Shown in pieces: positions 1 through 10,200 of a stretch of 64,000 nt of DNA (position 1 is the first letter of the stretch; each line of letters starts with the position of its first letter). This DNA comes from an uncultured Spirochaetota bacterium. Lineage in GTDB: Bacteria > Spirochaetota > Spirochaetia > SZUA-6 > Fen-1364. Location: contig CAWGAA010000003.1 in assembly GCA_963820525.1 (NCBI GenBank), positions 992,001 to 1,056,000 on the forward strand, read 5' to 3'. The notes below the pieces were generated by a model. That model was not told the DNA's origin, searched no databases, and saw only the letters and a list, made by a program, of their open reading frames with translations. The position numbers and the translations under genes were made by a program.

Positions 1-764
1 TCCACCACGGCCCTGGCGGCCGCGGATGGGGTATTGCCCTCGGTCACGTATATCGCCGAAAGGTCCCGGTACCGCTTGAGCAGATCCAACGCTGTGTCAT
101 AGGTCCGCCGCGGCTCCTCGAAGGTCTCCACGGTCTCGACATCCTTGATGTCGGGATGCTTCTCGCTCAAGTAAGCGAGCACGCCCTTGCGCCTGAGCTC
201 ATGGTTCACGGCCTGGAGGTTTCCGACAATGATGGCGACGCTGCCGCTTCCCTTGAGCAGCTCTCCCAGCGCTTCCCCGCAGGCGCGGCCCTCGGCATAG
301 CTGTCCGAGCCGACGTAACAGAGCCTATTGCACGGCTCGTCGGTGATGCTGTTGAAGCCCATCGCGCTCTCGCGCACGGCGCTTTCAAGCTCGGCCACAA
401 GCCCGGCTATCAAGGAAAGCTCCCCGCCTATCGCGCCTGCCTGCCCATTGGAGGAAAGGGAAATCCTCGCGGCAAGGTCTCCGGTTGCAAGCTTGGCAAG
501 TCCGGCTGAAAGTCCCTCAATCTGCTCCATGGCCCGCTGCCCCAGCTTGAGGAGCTTTCTCGCAGGCCTTCCAAGCGTGAGATAGTATGCCAGCCACCCC
601 GTAACCGCCAGAACGAATCCCGCCCACGAGCTGATCCGCTGAAGAATCCTCATTCCAGGCTCGGGAGCAGGAAAAACGAAAGATAAAACCGAAGCTATCG
701 TCGTGATGCAAATAAGGAGGAAAATGTAGCGGAGCACTTTTTGTGACTTGCGTTGTCGAGTCAC
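1..764 (-). CDS. Membrane signalling protein (2 TM + HAMP-like + sugar-binding/LacI-type fold), possibly a chemoreceptor; runs off the window edge
   Basis: Not in the ORF track. Manual translation from GTG 764 (AGGAGG RBS at 770-775) is open to position 1: MTRQRKSQKVLRYIFLLICITTIASVLSFVF...WAGFVLAVTGWLAYYLTLGR...LAKLATGDLAARI...LCYVGSDSYAEGRACGEALGELLKGSGSVAII...RRKGVLAYLSEKHPDI. Confidence 0.75.
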   Translation of the reverse strand, partial: MTRQRKSQKVLRYIFLLICITTIASVLSFVFPAPEPGMRILQRISSWAGFVLAVTGWLAYYLTLGRPARKLLKLGQRAMEQIEGLSAGLAKLATGDLAARISLSSNGQAGAIGGELSLIAGLVAELESAVRESAMGFNSITDEPCNRLCYVGSDSYAEGRACGEALGELLKGSGSVAIIVGNLQAVNHELRRKGVLAYLSEKHPDIKDVETVETFEEPRRTYDTALDLLKRYRDLSAIYVTEGNTPSAAARAVV

Positions 765-804
765 ATATGCCTCCTGAACAAACGGCTCCTGTCAGCCATC
801 TGCT

Positions 805-813
805 AGTATAGCA
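805..813 (-). promoter_or_regulatory. Extended -10 promoter (TGcTATACT) for the 764 gene
   Basis: Motif lies about 40 nt upstream of the start codon; no well-spaced -35. Confidence 0.45.
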
Positions 814-969
814 TATCATTAACTTTTGTGCGCGCAAGAAATCGCACCGTGCAACGCCGAACGGCCGCAAAGTTGGAACAGCGCGCTCGAATGTCGCCTC
901 GAATTGTCACGCTGTATCTCACGGGCGCGGCCTCATGTGCCGGCTCTTCATCGATGGGAGGGGGCGGAC

Positions 970-1000
970 AAAAGAAACCCGCGGCCGAGGGGTCGCGGGT
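970..1000 (-). terminator. Rho-independent terminator after the repeat lipoprotein
   Basis: Stem ACCCGCGACC-cctc-GGCCGCGGGT followed by TTCTTTT on the minus strand. Confidence 0.75.
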
Positions 1001-1022
1001 GAAGGTCATGTTAGCGGGAGGC

Positions 1023-4000
1023 TCAGGGCCCCGTAGTGAACGTGTAGTAGTCGGCGCTTGCCGCAGTGGGGTAGTTTGGCAGGTCGCTAATCGGTGTAGT
1101 TCCGGAATATCCCACTACATACCAGTCGTATCTCGTGTTGGCAGCAAGGGCCGATGGCACGGTGTAAGAGTTGGTTGCGACAGTAGTGTATGCCCATGAC
1201 CCTTTGGGAACGCGCGTATAGAGACGATAGGTTGTAGCCCCCTTTATGACAGGCCATTGCACTTTTGGCGTCCTTGTCACTCCCGTAGCGCCCCATAGTG
1301 GGAAGATATCCTTCGGTGTAATGTATACTACGAAGTAGCCCATTGCCGACCAGTTGCCTGAGGCTTCCGTCTCCTGGACGTACAAGGTATGGGGACCGAT
1401 CAAAAGGTTGGAGGTTGGCGTGAACGTCAGGGCGGTAGTCTGCACATAGCTTCCGCTATCCAGTTTGTATTGGAAGTTGCCATTGCCGTTGACATGAGTC
1501 CAGTTCCATGTGGGTGTAAAATCTGCCGTGTATGGTGATGGGCCCGTAACCGTCGGTGGCGTCGGCGCAGTCAGGTCGTTGATGAAGGAGACTGTATCGG
1601 TCTTCCCATTACCGGCTTTATCCATCACCGTCAACTTCAATGTATAGGTCCCGTCCAGATCCGCGCGCACCGTGGGATTCAAGATGGTCGCGCTGGTGCT
1701 GTAGGTGACGACGCCGCCCGTCGGGCCGCTCGAAAGGACCCATGTATATGAGGCGATCCCGCTTCCCGCATCGGAGGCTGTTGAGTTCGTGGTCGCGGAT
1801 GGAGCGGCGATGTTCAGGTATGCCGGCAGCGTTCCAGCGTCAGCCGTCGGGGCAACGGTGTCTCTTACAACAACCACATAGTCGTCATTGGAGTTGCCGG
1901 CTACATCGGTAGCAATCAGGTGTATCTCATACGAGCCATCAGCCGAAGCAGACACCGTCGGGTTCAGGACCAGGTTACTCGGAGTGTATGTGATAGTACC
2001 CGTACCTTTTCCCTTCCAGTAGTAGCTGCTGATGCCGCTGGTAGCGTCGGTGGCGGATCCGGATAATGCCAATGTCGTATACTTGATACTGATGTATCCC
2101 CCAGCCCCCGCCTCCACATTGGGCCGCGTGACATCCCTGTTGAAGCTCACCGTATCAGAAGCGGGATTGCCCGCGACGTCGGTCACGGTCAACGTGAGCA
2201 CATAAGCCCCATCCGCGCTCGCGCTGACGGTTGGGGCGAGGATCCCGCTACTCGTGGAGAAGGTGACGGTTCCAGGCCCGGAGGTTTTTACCCAAGCATA
2301 GGTCGCGATGCCGCTGGTCGCATCGGAGGCCGTGGCGTTGGCGGCCCGCGACGGCGATGCAATATTGAGCCACCCCGTCATGGTTCCCGCGTCCACCGTA
2401 GGCGCTATGGTATCTCGGCCCACAGCCACAGTGTCTGATGCCGAGTTGCCTGCATTATCCGTTGCCGTCAGGGTGAGCACATAGGATCCGTCCGCGCTCG
2501 CGCTCACCGACGGGTCCTCAATAGCGGCGTTGCTGAAGGTTATTGTGCCCGGTCCCGAAGTCATGGCCCAGGCATAGCTTCCCACGCCGCTTGTCGCGTC
2601 GGTTACGGTTGCGGCAAGGCTGCGGGATGGCGTTCCAGACGTCAGCCATCCCGGATTTGCGCCCGCGTCAACCGCCGGCGGAGTTGTATCCCGCTTTATG
2701 CCCACGGTATCGGTTGCCGCGTTGCCAGCGTTATCCGTGACGGTCAGAGTCAGGGTGTAGCTTCCATCGGCGTCCGCGCTGACCGTCGGGCTGAGGATGG
2801 AAGCGCTCGGAGTGAAGGTGACAGTGCCCGCCCCCGATGTCTTTGCCCAGGAGTAGCTTGCGATTCCGCTCCCGCCTGCCCCGTCCGAAGCAGTTGCGCT
2901 CAGCGCGCGTGAAGGTGTTCCCGTTGAGAGATACCCAGGGTCGGCACCCGCATCGATTACCGGCAGCGTAGCGTCCCGAGAGAAGGTTACCGTATCCGAA
3001 GATGTGTTGCCAGCTTTATCTGTTACGGTCAGGGCAACGGTGTAGGCTCCATCCGCATCGGCGCTGATCGTTGGGTTGAGGACAGATGCGCTCAAGAAGG
3101 TGACAGTGCCGGGACCCGAAGTCTTGGCCCAGGAGTATGTATCGATTCCACTTGTAGCGTCTGAGGCGGTGGCGCCGGGGGACTTTGAGGGCGTGCCCGC
3201 GGTGAGGTACCCCGATATTGTCCCCGCATCAACTACGGGCGCGATTGTATCCCGCGTTATGTTCACGGTATCGGTTGCCGTGTTGCCCGCGTTATCCGTG
3301 ACGGTCAGAGTCAGGGTGTAGACCCCATCGGCGTCCGCGCTAACGGTCGGGCTGAGGACAGATGTGCTTGAGAAGTTGACAGTGCCTGTGCCCGCAGTCT
3401 TTGCCCAGGAGTAGCTTGCGATTCCGCTCCCGCTCGTCCCGTCCGAAGCGGTTGCGCTCAGTGTAAGTGAAGTTGTCCCTGTTGTGAGGTATCCGCCGGC
3501 AGAGCCCGCATCCACTATTGGTGCCGTCACATCCCTGGTGAAGCCTACAGTGTCGATGGCAGAAAGGCCTGCGTTGTCCGTCACGGTCAGGGTGAGAGTG
3601 TAGGGGCCGTCCGCGTCAGCACTTACCGTTGGATCCAGGACCGCAGCGCTCGAGGAGAAGGTAACGTTGCCTGTCCCGGATGTCTTTGCCCAGGAGTATG
3701 TGGCGATTCCGCTTGTGGCATCTGAAGCGGTTGCGCCAGGTGCCTTGGAGGGCGCGCTCGCGCTGAGGTACCCCCCCGAAATGGTGCCCGCATCCACCGT
3801 CGGGGGCACTGTGTCACGAATGATCGTGTCGTTAACAACTGAAGAGACGCTATGGGTGCTATCAGGAAAATCGTGCCGGAATTGGGCGTAGACGGTTTTC
3901 GCACCTTCTCCTGTCGCCAAAGTGAAAGTATAGGGAGAAGTTGCCATAACCCAGGGCGCGGTATCGTTGTCGATTTCCGTCATGTCAGTGCAGAACCGCA

Positions 4001-4550
4001 TCCTGTCAACCAGAGAGTTATACGTCAGCTTAAGCGTCACATCGTTGTTGTTTGTCACATAAGCAGCACCGTTATTGATTGTCACGGTCCCCACGGGGAT
4101 CGCTCCCGTCGTGAAGGACCAGACGCGCTCATCCTGAAGCTCTCCGCCCTTGGACGCCTTCACTCCCTTGGTGACCCGCACGGTATAGGCCTGTGTCATT
4201 TTCAGGAAGTTTGAATGTGTGACCGTGAGCGTGTAGTTGTCCGCATTATAGGGGAAACTCCACACGAGGGCGGCTCCATTGTCATCCACGTTCGGGGTGA
4301 TGACTACAGTCTGTGCCGTTGCTGTCGCGGGATCGATGGCGCGGTCGAACTGGATCGTGATGTCCGCGTCCGGCGGCACGTTCGTCTTGTTGTCCGTGGG
4401 CGCGAAGTCACTCACCTTCAGGAACATGTTGTTTGCAACCTTCACGTCCGTGACCAGCTTGTCCACGACGTTGACCGGGTTATCGCAGCTTGAAAGGAAG
4501 AGCGCCGCAAACAGCAGCGTATAAACAATCGACTTCATAATCGTTTTCAT
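1023..4550 (-). CDS. Large surface lipoprotein: Big_5-like Ig domain, 8 PKD/Ig-like repeats and a C-terminal Fn3-like domain (adhesin-like)
   Basis: Lipobox LFLSS-C; ITIQFDRAIDPAT and WSFTTG Ig motifs; eight ~92-aa repeats (VDAG..ASDATSGI.TYSW.KTSG.G.VTF..PTVSADADG.Y.LTLTVTD.AGN..DTV). Confidence 0.85.
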   Translation of the reverse strand: MKTIMKSIVYTLLFAALFLSSCDNPVNVVDKLVTDVKVANNMFLKVSDFAPTDNKTNVPPDADITIQFDRAIDPATATAQTVVITPNVDDNGAALVWSFPYNADNYTLTVTHSNFLKMTQAYTVRVTKGVKASKGGELQDERVWSFTTGAIPVGTVTINNGAAYVTNNNDVTLKLTYNSLVDRMRFCTDMTEIDNDTAPWVMATSPYTFTLATGEGAKTVYAQFRHDFPDSTHSVSSVVNDTIIRDTVPPTVDAGTISGGYLSASAPSKAPGATASDATSGIATYSWAKTSGTGNVTFSSSAAVLDPTVSADADGPYTLTLTVTDNAGLSAIDTVGFTRDVTAPIVDAGSAGGYLTTGTTSLTLSATASDGTSGSGIASYSWAKTAGTGTVNFSSTSVLSPTVSADADGVYTLTLTVTDNAGNTATDTVNITRDTIAPVVDAGTISGYLTAGTPSKSPGATASDATSGIDTYSWAKTSGPGTVTFLSASVLNPTISADADGAYTVALTVTDKAGNTSSDTVTFSRDATLPVIDAGADPGYLSTGTPSRALSATASDGAGGSGIASYSWAKTSGAGTVTFTPSASILSPTVSADADGSYTLTLTVTDNAGNAATDTVGIKRDTTPPAVDAGANPGWLTSGTPSRSLAATVTDATSGVGSYAWAMTSGPGTITFSNAAIEDPSVSASADGSYVLTLTATDNAGNSASDTVAVGRDTIAPTVDAGTMTGWLNIASPSRAANATASDATSGIATYAWVKTSGPGTVTFSTSSGILAPTVSASADGAYVLTLTVTDVAGNPASDTVSFNRDVTRPNVEAGAGGYISIKYTTLALSGSATDATSGISSYYWKGKGTGTITYTPSNLVLNPTVSASADGSYEIHLIATDVAGNSNDDYVVVVRDTVAPTADAGTLPAYLNIAAPSATTNSTASDAGSGIASYTWVLSSGPTGGVVTYSTSATILNPTVRADLDGTYTLKLTVMDKAGNGKTDTVSFINDLTAPTPPTVTGPSPYTADFTPTWNWTHVNGNGNFQYKLDSGSYVQTTALTFTPTSNLLIGPHTLYVQETEASGNWSAMGYFVVYITPKDIFPLWGATGVTRTPKVQWPVIKGATTYRLYTRVPKGSWAYTTVATNSYTVPSALAANTRYDWYVVGYSGTTPISDLPNYPTAASADYYTFTTGP
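1580..3812 (-). repeat. Eight tandem ~280-bp coding repeats
   Basis: Repeats visible in the protein; shared DNA such as tctttgcccaggagtagcttgcgattccgctcccgc near 2839 and 3398. Confidence 0.85.
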
Positions 4551-6628
4551 TCTTCATTCCCCCATAATGTCACTTCGCGCTCGGCGGAGGCCGCCCTGCC
4601 CGAGGAGGCGCCTTCGGAGCTCATGTACTCGTACTTCTTCGCGCTTTCCGGGTCCACCTTCTTCAGCGCCTGGTATGTTACGTTCACTGTTTCCTTCTCT
4701 CCCATCTCGTACGCGGAGAGGAGAAGCCCAAGGAGCGCCGGCACGCTGTCCGGAGTCTTCTGCAAGGCCTGACGGAAGTAGCCCAGCGCTTCGGTGTACT
4801 TGCTGGTGAGGTAGGAGATATTCCCGAGGTTCACGAGGATGGATGACGGCACGTCGCTTGTCTTCTTCGTAGCGGCGATGAACTGGTCCTGGGCCTCCTT
4901 CAGCATCCCGAACCGCGCATACAGAACGCCCAACTTGGTCATCAGCTTTATGTTCTCAGGATCGGCCGCCAGCTGCTTCTGCAGGTCTGTAGCGCGCGGT
5001 TTCATATCGGCGGCGACGAATGCGTTAAGCTCCGCGCTGAATGAGGAGAATACCCGCTCCGAGTCCGGTGGAGCGGCGGGGCTCTTCACGACTTTTTCGC
5101 CGACCGGCTCATAGGTCTTCCATGCTTCATGAATGGGGTAGAATAAAGCGCTTCCATTGGCGTTCGCGGTCCGCCACTCCTGCGCCCCTTCCTTCCAGGC
5201 CCTGAGGAAACCATCCTTGACGCGGGTGATCTCCACAGGCACCCAAACCCCATTTTCCTGGATGATGAGATCATCCGGCTTTGAAAACGTTGCGTTGGCT
5301 TCCGAGCCCTTCATCTCCAGGGCGAAGGCCATATAGATATGTCCGGGGATGGTGATGAACGCGGTGGGAATGCCGACGGATTCCAGGAGCGCCGAATACA
5401 GGATGGAGAGGTCGTCGCAGTCCCCCCCCTTGTATGTGAAGGTCTGGGCGGGGAACTGAAGGTAGTCAATCGCCGACTTGTTCTCGGACTGGTTCGCGTA
5501 GGAGGAGTTGGGGTCCGGCGCATAGCCGATCCCGTGCACGCCCATGGCCTGGAATAACGCCATTGCCACACGGAAGTTGGAGTTCGCCGCGGCTGGGTTG
5601 GCTCGCGATTTCGCGTCCGCGGCGGTCTTTTTGGCGAACACCAGAAGATCGGGGTCCTTTGCCGTGACGAAGGCTGCCGCGCTGTTCGTGTTGTCCCATG
5701 TCATAGCGTTTCGGTTGTATACCGTCACGCTGATCGGGATGGGCTGGATAAAATCGTTTCCGAGGTAGCGATAGGAGACCGTGAGCTCTCCGGCTACCTT
5801 TTTCCCTTCGGTAACATCGAAGATGAAGTGATTGAACAGGGCGGTGATGGACGCCTTGATCTCTTCTCCACGCCTCACCTGTCCCACCTGCGTTATCTTG
5901 GCCTGATCCATGAACTCTTTCACGGAGAAGCTGACCGTGAGGTTTTCGATCGGCCCCTGGCCCTCGTTCTTGATGAGGACCGTCCCTACGGGGTTTTTAT
6001 CGTAGAAGGAATAGAACAAGGGAAACACGGGAAGTATCTCAGGGGTGACACGAATCTCGCCCCTGCTGCTCGCGCCCATGTGCCAGCGGGCTCCGAGGCT
6101 CACCCCGATGCCCTGATATGCGATTCCCTGGGGGTAGAAATTGGCCCGGTATTGTATGCCCGCGCCGAGGCTAAGGGCGGGATTGAGGAGGTAGTCGAAG
6201 TCCACAAGCCCCACGGCAAAGGGGTTTCGCACCGTGGCCCCGGTCACCATTCCCATGTAAAGCCCTCCATAGCCGGCCACACGAATGCCGAAGCGCTGGA
6301 TGGGGAAGAACTGAAAACCCAGCTCCGGTCCGAGGGAAAGCGAGATCAGAGACGAGCTGTAGCCGTTCGTCGGGATCCAGTCAGCGTCGAATACGAGACC
6401 CGTGTAGATCATCTGGAAAAAGGGGAGGGTGTATTCGGCCTTGACGGAAACCCCCCCGCCAACGGGGGCGTACAGGGGAACCTGGGAATTGACCCATGGT
6501 CCGAGTGGAATGTTGACAACGGGCTGTCCGACAAGCGAGAAATCGCTCGTCACCTGAGCCGAAAGCAGCCCCGCGGTGCAGAGAAAAACAGCTAAAAGGA
6601 CTAAAGAGAGTATTTGTCGTTTCGACAT
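4547..6628 (-). CDS. Secreted protein: beta-strand-rich N-terminus, Ig-like region, transglutaminase-like Cys-protease domain and TPR repeats
   Basis: Signal peptide; GGDCDDLSILYSALLESVGI...IPGHIY motif; TPR-like helices (KLGVLYARFGMLKEA, VNLGNISYLTSKYTEALGYF); ATGA overlap with the downstream gene; start moved to the ATG after an AGGAGA RBS. Confidence 0.8.
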   Translation of the reverse strand: MSKRQILSLVLLAVFLCTAGLLSAQVTSDFSLVGQPVVNIPLGPWVNSQVPLYAPVGGGVSVKAEYTLPFFQMIYTGLVFDADWIPTNGYSSSLISLSLGPELGFQFFPIQRFGIRVAGYGGLYMGMVTGATVRNPFAVGLVDFDYLLNPALSLGAGIQYRANFYPQGIAYQGIGVSLGARWHMGASSRGEIRVTPEILPVFPLFYSFYDKNPVGTVLIKNEGQGPIENLTVSFSVKEFMDQAKITQVGQVRRGEEIKASITALFNHFIFDVTEGKKVAGELTVSYRYLGNDFIQPIPISVTVYNRNAMTWDNTNSAAAFVTAKDPDLLVFAKKTAADAKSRANPAAANSNFRVAMALFQAMGVHGIGYAPDPNSSYANQSENKSAIDYLQFPAQTFTYKGGDCDDLSILYSALLESVGIPTAFITIPGHIYMAFALEMKGSEANATFSKPDDLIIQENGVWVPVEITRVKDGFLRAWKEGAQEWRTANANGSALFYPIHEAWKTYEPVGEKVVKSPAAPPDSERVFSSFSAELNAFVAADMKPRATDLQKQLAADPENIKLMTKLGVLYARFGMLKEAQDQFIAATKKTSDVPSSILVNLGNISYLTSKYTEALGYFRQALQKTPDSVPALLGLLLSAYEMGEKETVNVTYQALKKVDPESAKKYEYMSSEGASSGRAASAEREVTLWGNEE

Positions 6629-6689
6629 AAGACTTTCTCCTCTTACTGATTTCATGGAGGTTTTATTAGCTCATGCTGCTTCTAATCAC

Positions 6690-6719
6690 ATTCTATCACG
6701 CGCACCTCGGTGTTTTCAA
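6690..6719 (-). promoter_or_regulatory. Sigma70-type promoter for the transglutaminase-like/lipoprotein operon
   Basis: TTGAAA-18 nt-TAGAAT with an extended TG. Confidence 0.55.
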
Positions 6720-7226
6720 TATTATTGAAGATTCCGAAGCTGAAACGAATTCTTTACTATAATAGTCAGCAATAGGATGGTGCTGGGTCAGCGACTCCAC
6801 TTCACCGTGGCGTAGCGGGCGGCAGACGATGAGAATGATCAGAAGCGCGTATAAGCCAACCAAAAAACTTCCCAGCTTTGCCCCCTCCTACCCGGATGGC
6901 TATGACGAAGCCCATAATCGGCAGAAACCCTTGAACAAAGGGAAGCAGAATGCTGAAATACAGCCACTTGGGCGTCAGGCGGGAAATGGCAAGCGCAATG
7001 AAGAACCCCAAGGCCGCGTAAATGAAGAACGCCCGCGGCGGAGTGCTAGCGCGCTATCACGCAGCCCCGGTTTACCCCTTCTTTCTTCTGCGATATTCTC
7101 ATGACCGCGCCTCGGGGTACGGCGCGGTGCGTCACGGATGGTCGCGGCCCGGCACTCGTCGCGGCACCCCGAGGCTCCGCATCCCCGGACTCTTCAGGAC
7201 GGATGACAAGCGGAGGGAGGCGAGCA

Positions 7227-10200
7227 ATGATGGAGAAGGGCAAGTCGAGTGGGCAGCAACCTCTTCTGTTCAACCTGGCATGGCCGTGGCTTCCTCTTTT
7301 CGCGGTTGCAGTAGCCGTTCTGGCCTCGCTGAAGATTCAAGCAGTCTATAATCCGCCGTATCTTCTCACGGTTCTCAACATCCTCTTGCTGACGGTCATT
7401 TCGTTCATCGTGTCGATTCTATCCGCCAGAAGCTACTTGGCGGGGCACACGGGAGCGGTGCTGCTCCTGGGGTGCGGCGCCCTTTCCCTGGGCATCGGCG
7501 CAGCGCTCGCAGGGCTTCCCTTTGGAAAGCTGGATGCCAACTTGATCGTGACGATCTACGCCACCGGGGCATTTTTCTCCGCGGTCTTCAATCTCGCCAG
7601 CGCCATCGCGGCTTCCACGGCGGCAAGACGGCGCGCGAACCCCAGCCTGCCGCTTCTGCTCACCTCATATATCGGGGTCATCGCCATTGTCTCGGCGGCG
7701 GCCTGGGCAGCGGGGAAAGGCCTGCTGCCCGTTTTTTTCATCCAGGGGGTGGGCGCCACGCTCGTTGACGACGTGACCCTCTGGACCGCCGCGGCCATGT
7801 TCGCCTCATCGGCCATACTTCTCGAGGTGACGCAGGGGAGCCTCGGCTCCCCTTTCCACCGCTGGTATGCCTTGGGCATGGCGTTGATCGCGGTGGGCCT
7901 GGTCGGGGCATCGTTTCAGCATAGCATCGGAAGCCCCCTCAACTGGACCGCGCGCGCTTCGCAGTACCTGGGCTGCGTGTACATGCTCATTGCCGTTATC
8001 TCCACGGCAAGACGGAGCGGTTCTTGGGGGATACCATTGGAGAGGGCGCTTCAGGAGAGCCGCGAGCTGTATCGCAGCCTCGTAGAGCTCAGCCCTGACC
8101 CCATCCTTGTGCATTCGGAGGGCATGTATGTGTTTGCGAATCCCGCGGCCGCCCGCATTTTCGCGGCTCGTTCTCCGCAAGAGGTCGTCGGAAAGAACGT
8201 AATGAATCTCATCGCCCCCGAATATCGAGATCTGACCCGCGAGCGGGTTTCCCGCGCCTATGCGGGAGAAGTGACGCCGCTTCGTGAAAGCCGGTTCCTC
8301 CGCCTGGACGGGCGGCCAGTCGACGTGGAAACCACCGGAGCCCGGGTCGAATTCGAGGGAAAGCCCGCCATCCTGGTTCTGGTGCGGGATATCACGGAGC
8401 GGAAACGGGCGGAGGAATCGGTGGCATGGCAGGCATCCTTCCCGCAGCTCAATCCCTATCCCGTGGCTGAAATCGATCTGAAGGGCAACGTCTACTATCT
8501 CAACCCGGCCGCTGAAAAACTCTTCCCCGGCCTCAGGGAAAGGGGACTCGACCACCCCTGGCTTACGGATTGGGCGGCGGTGGCGGACCGCTTTGCCCGG
8601 AACAACGAGGAAAAACTCGTTCGCGAAGTGGAGGCGGACGGCCGCTGGTACCAGCAGATGATGTACTTCGTGCCGCCGACCTCGCGCGTGCGCATCTACT
8701 CCATGGACATAACGGAGCGCGCCGCGGCAGAGAAAGCCCTGGAGGAGAGCGAGAGACGCGAGCGGGCGCGATCAGAGGAGCTGGAGACCGTGCTCAACGC
8801 CGTGCCGGCATCTGTGTGGATAGCCCATGATCCCCACGCGCGGAGGATTACAGGCAACCGTCTCTCCGACGAATGGCTGCGGGTTGCGCCGGGAACCAAT
8901 ATATCCAAGTCCGCTCCCGAGGGTGAAAGGCCGGAGACCTTCCGCGTGTTCAAGAATGGCGTGGAGCTTAAGCCCGACGAAATGCCGGTGCAGAGATCCG
9001 CCGCAGGCGAGGAGGTGCGGGATTTCGAGTTCACGATAGTCTATCCCGAAGGTACGCAGCGCCATATAGTAGGCAACGCCACACCCCTTCGCGACGAGCG
9101 GGGAAATCCCCGCGGCTCGGTTTCGGCTTTCATCGACATCACGGAGCGCAAGGCCAACGAGGCGGCCCTTTTGCAGGCGCGAGGCGACCTGGAAGCCCGC
9201 GTGAGAGACCGCACCGCGGAGCTTTCCCGAACCGTCGAAGCCCTCCGCCGCCAGGCCGATCTTCTTGATCTTGCGGACGACGCCATAATCGTACGCGACG
9301 CGAAGGATCGGATCGCTTTCTGGAACCACGGCGCATACAAGACGTACGGGTGGACCCAGGAAGAAGTCATTGGGAAGGTCCCATTCGAGCTCTTCCAGGC
9401 GCAGTCCGAGATCCCCCTGTCGGAGATGCGGCGGGAGGCGTTGAAGGCCGGGCATTGGGAAGGGGAGCTTCGCCACGCACGGCGCGACGGTTCCCGGATC
9501 ATCGTTGAAAGCCGCTGGGCGGTCCGCCGTCTTCCCGACGGTGCCTGGGAAACCCTGGAGATCAACAGGGATATCACCGAGCGCAAGGGGGCTGAAGCGC
9601 TGACCCGTTCGGCCTCTCTCTACGCCCGCGGCCTGCTGGAAGTCAGCCTTGATCCCCTGGTGACAATCAGCCGTGAAGGAAAGATCACGGACGTGAACAA
9701 GGCCACGGAGGAAGCCACGGGCCTCACCCGCGATCGGTTGATAGGGACCGATTTCTCCACCTATTTCACGCAGCCGGACAAGGCGGATCAGGGCTACCGG
9801 CAGGTTCTTCTGGAGGGCTCCGTCCATGACTACCCGCTCAGCATCCGCCACGTATCGGGGCGGGTCATGGACGTTCTCTACAATGCAACCGTCTACCGGG
9901 GAGAGAACGGGGAGGTGAGAGGGGTCTTCGCCGCGGCCCGCGATATCACGGAGCGGAAGCGCACGGAAGCGGAGCTGGAGAGTTACCGCAGGCACCTCGA
10001 GGACTTGGTGAAGCAGCGGACCGCGGAGCTGGAAGAGGCGGTTGCGGAGCTGGCCAGGTCCAACAAGGACCTGGAGCAGTTCGCCTACGTCGCCTCGCAC
10101 GACCTGAAGGAGCCTCTGCGGATGGTCACCGGATTCCTGGACCTGCTCATGCAGAGCAACCCCAAGGGGCTCGACAAGAAGAGCCGCGAGTACATTGCTT

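Noticed and set aside
761..775. AGGAGG-cat-ATG-TGA start-stop mini-ORF
   Set aside because: The overlapping GTG at 764 has better RBS spacing and opens the long downstream frame.
1023..6655. Mobile element or genomic island
   Set aside because: Composition looks slightly AT-richer, but no integrase, transposase, tRNA or flanking direct repeats were seen.
6802..7011. 69-aa hydrophobic ORF
   Set aside because: TTG start without an RBS, an in-frame stop shortly upstream and no recognisable family; it may be a decayed fragment but cannot be supported.
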